Source: Takakia lepidozioides
Taxonomy: Eukaryota; Plantae; Bryophyta
Direction of reading: 5' to 3'
NCBI GenBank assembly: GCA_030704615.1
Contig: JAKLZA010000089.1
Coordinates: 1-9,737, forward strand
Length of the DNA: 9,737 nt
The notes beneath the pieces were generated by a model. The model had not been told where the DNA came from, did no database searches, and saw only the letters and a list, made by a program, of their open reading frames with translations. A program made the position numbers and the translations under genes. Positions 6,322 through 9,737 of this stretch are shown piece after piece. Position 1 is the stretch's first letter, and each line of letters starts with the position of its first letter.

Positions 6322-9300
6322 CGGGACGCGTCCTCTACCTCTAAGCCCACTGGACTTAAGGTTGCAGTTACGGAGGACAATTGGGAGCCTGACATTGGAC
6401 CCATTGTCACCGGAGGAGAGAGACGACGTATACGGCGGTTCCTGAGGGCTTACAGGAATTGCTTTGCCTTCAGTTTGAAGGACTTGGGAGCACTGAAGGG
6501 TCAAGAGATCCGTATTGAGTTGGCCACTGACACGCCAATCTTTCGGAGACCCTATAGATACAGTGACATGGAGAGGTCTTTGATTCAGATGAGGACTCAA
6601 GATCTCTGGGAGGCAGGTTTGGTGGAGCTCTCTGGTGGAGAGTATGCTTCAGCCACAGTGATGCCAGCCAAGAAGGATGTCTATGGCAATTGGACGGAGA
6701 GACGTATGTGCGGTGATTACCGGCCTGTAAATCGTCAGACCAAGTCCGATAAGTATGCCATGCCAACACCAGAGGAGATCTTTGATGCCATCGGGCATGC
6801 TAAGGCCTTTAGCACTTTGGATTTACGATCCGGATATCACCAGTTGCCAATCAAGGAGGCGGACAAGCAGAAGACGGCATTCTGGGGGATCAATGAGCAC
6901 GGCAAGGATTGCCTATATCAGTGGCGGTTCTTACCATTTGGGCTTAAGAATGCTCCTGCAGAGTTTCAGAGAGTCATGGATAGGATTCTAGCAGGGGTGG
7001 ACTTTGCTCGGTGCTACATAGATGACATCATCATCTTTAGTGTTACGATGGAGGAGCATGAGAGACACCTTCAGGTGGTATTGGAGCGCTTGAGAGCGCA
7101 CGGATTGAAGTTGCATCCGGGGAAGTGCAAGTTTTTCCACAACCAGATTGAGTATCTGGGTCACATGATATATCCTGGAGGATTGGGGGTACAGCAGACT
7201 AAGGTAGAGGCCATTGCACAAATTCCACGCCCCACGGATGTGAGCCGAGTTCGAGCTTTCATGGGGTTGGCAAACTATTATAGACGGTTTGTCAAGGGAT
7301 TTAGTACCATTGCAAAGGCTCTAACCAAGCTGACCAAGGTGGACCAGGAGTGGCAGTGGGAAGATGAGCAGGAACGAGCTTTTCAAGAGCTCAAGGCGAG
7401 GTTGACCTCGGCGCCTATCTTGAGACGACCTATCAGGGGGCGTCCCTTTCAGCTGCATACGGATTGGAGCATGCTGGGGCTTGGAGCGGTGCTCACACAG
7501 GTGGATGATGAGGGAAGAGAGTTCGTAGTGGCTTACGCTAGCCGCTCAAACAACGCTGCAGAGGCTAAGTACAGCTCATATGAGGGAGAGTGCTTAGCTG
7601 CAGTGTGGGCCGTGGCACACTTCAGGTGCTATCTATACGGCAATCTTTTCACCCTTGTCACGGATCACCAGCCACTCAAGTGGTTGATGGAGTCAGACAA
7701 GCTTACAGGGAAGCTTGCACGGTGGGCACTTATACTCCAGGAGTATGACTTTCAGGTTGTGCATCGACCGGGTTTGGTCAATCGGGATGCGGATGGATTG
7801 AGTCGCAATCCATGCATGAGCCAGCAGGATGACACTGGAGCTCGGTGGCATGGTGAGACGGACGAGGAGATGGTGCCGGGATGGCACGCATCTGCATTTT
7901 TGTGTATCTTGGCATCGGGAGGTCAGATTGGACCTACAACAGGGATGACTGTAGACGGAGTGTCTGAGGACCCTGAGGCTAGTGATGAGCTAGGTGGTGC
8001 CAGAGATATACATGAGGATTCGGCTGTGTTGGACTACCTCCGCACGGGAGACACGGCAGCCATTGTGACTGCCAGGGAGAGGGATCGGATCCTGCAACGA
8101 GCCAAGAGGTTCAAGTGGGAGGGGATACACCTACTTCGAGTGTGGGAGGGTGGTCGGGTGAGGATTGTGCCTCACCCCACACAGCGTGCACGGTTAGTGC
8201 GGCATGCCCATGAGGAGTTGGGGCATTTTGGAGTGCGACGCACTCACAGTTTACTGCAGGGGCAGTATTGGTGGCGTGGTATGCATACAGAGGTGCAACA
8301 GTTTGTGGCTAGGTGCATGGTGTGTGACAGGGTGCGTGCTTCATTCAATGCCCCTACACCACAGTTGCATCCTTTACCTATCATGGGATTGGGCTACAGG
8401 TGGAGTCTTGACTTCGCAGGACCGTTGCCACTGACTATGCGCCACCACAGATATGTGTTGGTGATGGTGGAGCACTTCTCCAAGTGGATTGAGTTGGTTC
8501 CATTGCCTGACAAGGCTAGTGAGGGGGCTGCGTATGCATTCTTGGATCGTGTGCTTAGCCGATTTGGTGCTCCAGCTGAGGTACTCACGGACCAAGGGAG
8601 AGAGTTCTTGGGGGAGTTTCAGGCTTTGTGTGATAAAGCCTTGATCGACCACCGCACCACTTCTCGGGATCATCCTGAGGCCGATGGCTTAGCAGAGAGA
8701 GTTGTTCAGACGGTGAAGAGGGGTTTGCGCAAGTATGGCTTGCAGAAGGGACACCTAGGAGATTGGGATCTTCAGGTTCCTTGGTTAGCTATGGGCTACA
8801 GGTTCAGCAAACAAGCATCACTTGCCTCCTTCTCACCATATTTCCTTCTCTTTGGCCGAGAGCCGGATTTGCCTGCAGCCATTCGTAGGGACACTGCTCA
8901 AGTCCTTAACCTTGACGATCCGGACGTGTGGGTACGTGCATGTGATCAGCGTGCAGAGTTGTTCAAGAAAGTCATGCCCATGGCTTTTGAGAACCTTGCC
9001 ATTGCACAGCACCGTGATACGTTGAGGTATGCCACTATACGTGGTGGAGGATATCGTCCCGGGGTTCGGAGGTTTAGCCCTGGTGACTATGTTTATTTGC
9101 AGCAGACTGCTCCTACGACTCTGGATGTTACTGCAGGGCGTGTTATTCTGAGGGTTCGAGAGGTGTTGCCCTCAGGGGTCCTGATCTTGGAGGGTCGGGA
9201 TGGCATGACTTGGAAGGACCATGTGCGTAATTGTGCGCCATGTCACCTTCCCAATGTCGATGGCAGAGTTGACCCAAACTTGGCAGTGGTACCTGCAGGT

Positions 9301-9450
9301 TTGAGGTGCATGCTCTGTGGGTCTGCCAAAGGGGCAGCCACCATGCTGGTGTGTGATCGATGCTCAAGGGGTTGGCATATGGGATGCTTGACACCACCTC
9401 TTGAGAAGGTTCCTGACGGAGATTGGTTGTGTCCACACTGCTTGGGATAG
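6316..9450 (+). CDS. pol: ORF2: Pol (reverse transcriptase - RNase H - integrase - PHD finger), 1044 codons in frame with ORF1
   Basis: The frame is open from directly after the ORF1 stop (QPRDASS...RRFLRAYRNCFAFSLKDLG, a typical RT-preceding segment). The ORF-track start 6475 is an internal TTG. RT, RNase H, IN and PHD motifs are all intact, ending at TAG 9448-9450. Confidence 0.93.
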   Translation, partial: QPRDASSTSKPTGLKVAVTEDNWEPDIGPIVTGGERRRIRRFLRAYRNCFAFSLKDLGALKGQEIRIELATDTPIFRRPYRYSDMERSLIQMRTQDLWEAGLVELSGGEYASATVMPAKKDVYGNWTERRMCGDYRPVNRQTKSDKYAMPTPEEIFDAIGHAKAFSTLDLRSGYHQLPIKEADKQKTAFWGINEHGKDCLYQWRFLPFGLKNAPAEFQRVMDRILAGVDFARCYIDDIIIFSVTMEEHERHLQVVLERLRAHGLKLHPGKCKFFHNQIEYLGHMIYPGGLGVQQTKVEAIAQIPRPTDVSRVRAFMGLANYYRRFVKGFSTIAKALTKLTKVDQEWQWEDEQERAFQELKARLTSAPILRRPIRGRPFQLHTDWSMLGLGAVLTQVDDEGREFVVAYASRSNNAAEAKYSSYEGECLAAVWAVAHFRCYLYGNLFTLVTDHQPLKWLMESDKLTGKLARWALILQEYDFQVVHRPGLVNRDADGLSRNPCMSQQDDTGARWHGETDEEMVPGWHASAFLCILASGGQIGPTTGMTVDGVSEDPEASDELGGARDIHEDSAVLDYLRTGDTAAIVTARERDRILQRAKRFKWEGIHLLRVWEGGRVRIVPHPTQRARLVRHAHEELGHFGVRRTHSLLQGQYWWRGMHTEVQQFVARCMVCDRVRASFNAPTPQLHPLPIMGLGYRWSLDFAGPLPLTMRHHRYVLVMVEHFSKWIELVPLPDKASEGAAYAFLDRVLSRFGAPAEVLTDQGREFLGEFQALCDKALIDHRTTSRDHPEADGLAERVVQTVKRGLRKYGLQKGHLGDWDLQVPWLAMGYRFSKQASLASFSPYFLLFGREPDLPAAIRRDTAQVLNLDDPDVWVRACDQRAELFKKVMPMAFENLAIAQHRDTLRYATIRGGGYRPGVRRFSPGDYVYLQQTAPTTLDVTAGRVILRVREVLPSGVLILEGRDGMTWKDHVRNCAPCHLPNVDGRVDPNLAVVPAGLRCMLCGSAKGAATMLVCDRCSRGWHMGCLTPPLEKVPDGDWLCPHCLG
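6600..7180 (+). other. Reverse transcriptase domain (Ty3/Gypsy type)
   Basis: RMCGDYRPVN, FSTLDLRSGYHQL, KTAF, LPFGLKNAPAEFQR, catalytic YIDD (7015-7026), KCKF and IEYLGH. Confidence 0.97.
7441..7806 (+). other. RNase H domain (Ty3/Gypsy type)
   Basis: FQLHTDWS (D at 7462), GLGAVL, YSSYEGECLA, VTDHQPL, LARWAL.LQEYDF and ADGLSR. Confidence 0.95.
8203..8880 (+). other. Integrase (HHCC zinc-binding domain plus DDE core)
   Basis: HEELGHFG (8209/8224) and CMVC (8314/8323). Catalytic D in WSLDFAGP (8410), D in LTDQG (8590) and E in LAERV (8695), giving D-X34-E spacing. SPYFLLFGR follows. Confidence 0.95.
9307..9441 (+). other. PHD finger (C4HC3) at the integrase C-terminus
   Basis: CMLC-X11-CDRC-X4-HMGC-LTPPLEKVPDGDW-L-CPHC, with the typical PHD signature CL.PPL..VP.G.W.CP.C. 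Confidence 0.93.
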
Positions 9451-9699
9451 TGGCAGTGGACATGACTGGAGGCAGCTAACAAGACATGGGAGGCCAAGCT
9501 CATAGGAGTCAATACATGAGATCCCAAGCTCAAGTTCACAAGTTGCAAGACGGCGACTAACGATGGGGCAACTCTTGCACCCGGCCTCTTGATCTATCGA
9601 GTTTGAGTGTAGTAGGGATAGTGGTGGAGGACTTAGTGAGGCTATGGTCACTATCACATCTTGTGGCTACCTGGACTTAGAGGGACCTAAGCACCAGCT

Positions 9700-9710
9700 A
9701 GGGGGGCGAT
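9700..9710 (+). other. Candidate polypurine tract (AGGGGGG-CGAT)
   Basis: Purine/G run ~250 nt after the pol stop, shortly followed by TGTG, the usual PPT-LTR arrangement. Confidence 0.6.
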
Positions 9711-9737
9711 TGTGTGGACTAGTGACTGCCATAGTGG
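9711..9737 (+). repeat. Probable start of the 3' LTR (TGTGTGGACTAGTGACTGCC...), truncated by the window edge
   Basis: TG directly follows the candidate PPT. No matching copy was found within 1-2088, so it cannot be confirmed here. Confidence 0.5.

Larger units (their letters stand above)
1481..9737 (+). mobile_element. Ty3/Gypsy (Metaviridae-type) LTR retrotransposon carrying a DNMT3-like methyltransferase and an integrase-linked PHD finger; minimum extent given, probably continues past both window edges
   Basis: Domain order Gag-PR-(DNMT)-RT-RNaseH-IN, with integrase after RNase H, is diagnostic of Ty3/Gypsy. Both ORFs are long and free of frameshifts. A purine tract followed by TG lies at the 3' end. 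Confidence 0.95.

Noticed and set aside
6268-6475. Ribosomal frameshift or independent TTG start for pol at 6475
   Set aside because: ORF1 and ORF2 are in the same frame with no slippery heptamer at the junction, and Pol-like sequence begins upstream of 6475.
2133-9657. Numerous short alternative-frame and antisense ORFs overlapping gag/pol
   Set aside because: Shadow ORFs typical of GC-rich coding DNA; no motifs recognised.
9451-9737. env-like ORF or chromodomain after pol; short inverted and direct repeats (GGACTTAG twice, TCACTA/TAGTGA)
   Set aside because: The pol frame closes again within five codons and only ~250 nt precede the PPT; the repeats are 6-8 bp and too short to separate from chance.

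Overview
The window looks eukaryotic (probably a streptophyte, i.e. plant or charophyte; this is inference). It holds a nearly complete, apparently intact Ty3/Gypsy LTR retrotransposon on the + strand with unusual cargo. ORF1 (first in-frame ATG 2350, stop 6315) encodes Gag with two zinc knuckles, an aspartic protease and a DNMT3-like C5 DNA cytosine methyltransferase with all catalytic motifs intact. ORF2 (6316-9450) encodes RT, RNase H, integrase and a C-terminal PHD finger. The two ORFs are in the same frame and are separated by a single TAG in the context TAG-CAA-CCA, which fits the CARYYA readthrough consensus. The element may therefore make abundant Gag-PR-DNMT and a rarer 2366-aa readthrough polyprotein. 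Upstream lies a ~1.45 kb G/T-skewed tandem array (~10-bp subunit, ~51-bp monomer, local ~102-bp dimer) that fades into unique sequence and may lie within the 5' LTR, followed by two tandem hairpins sharing a loop. A candidate polypurine tract and 3' LTR start sit at the right edge. LTR boundaries and the primer-binding site cannot be confirmed from this window alone.
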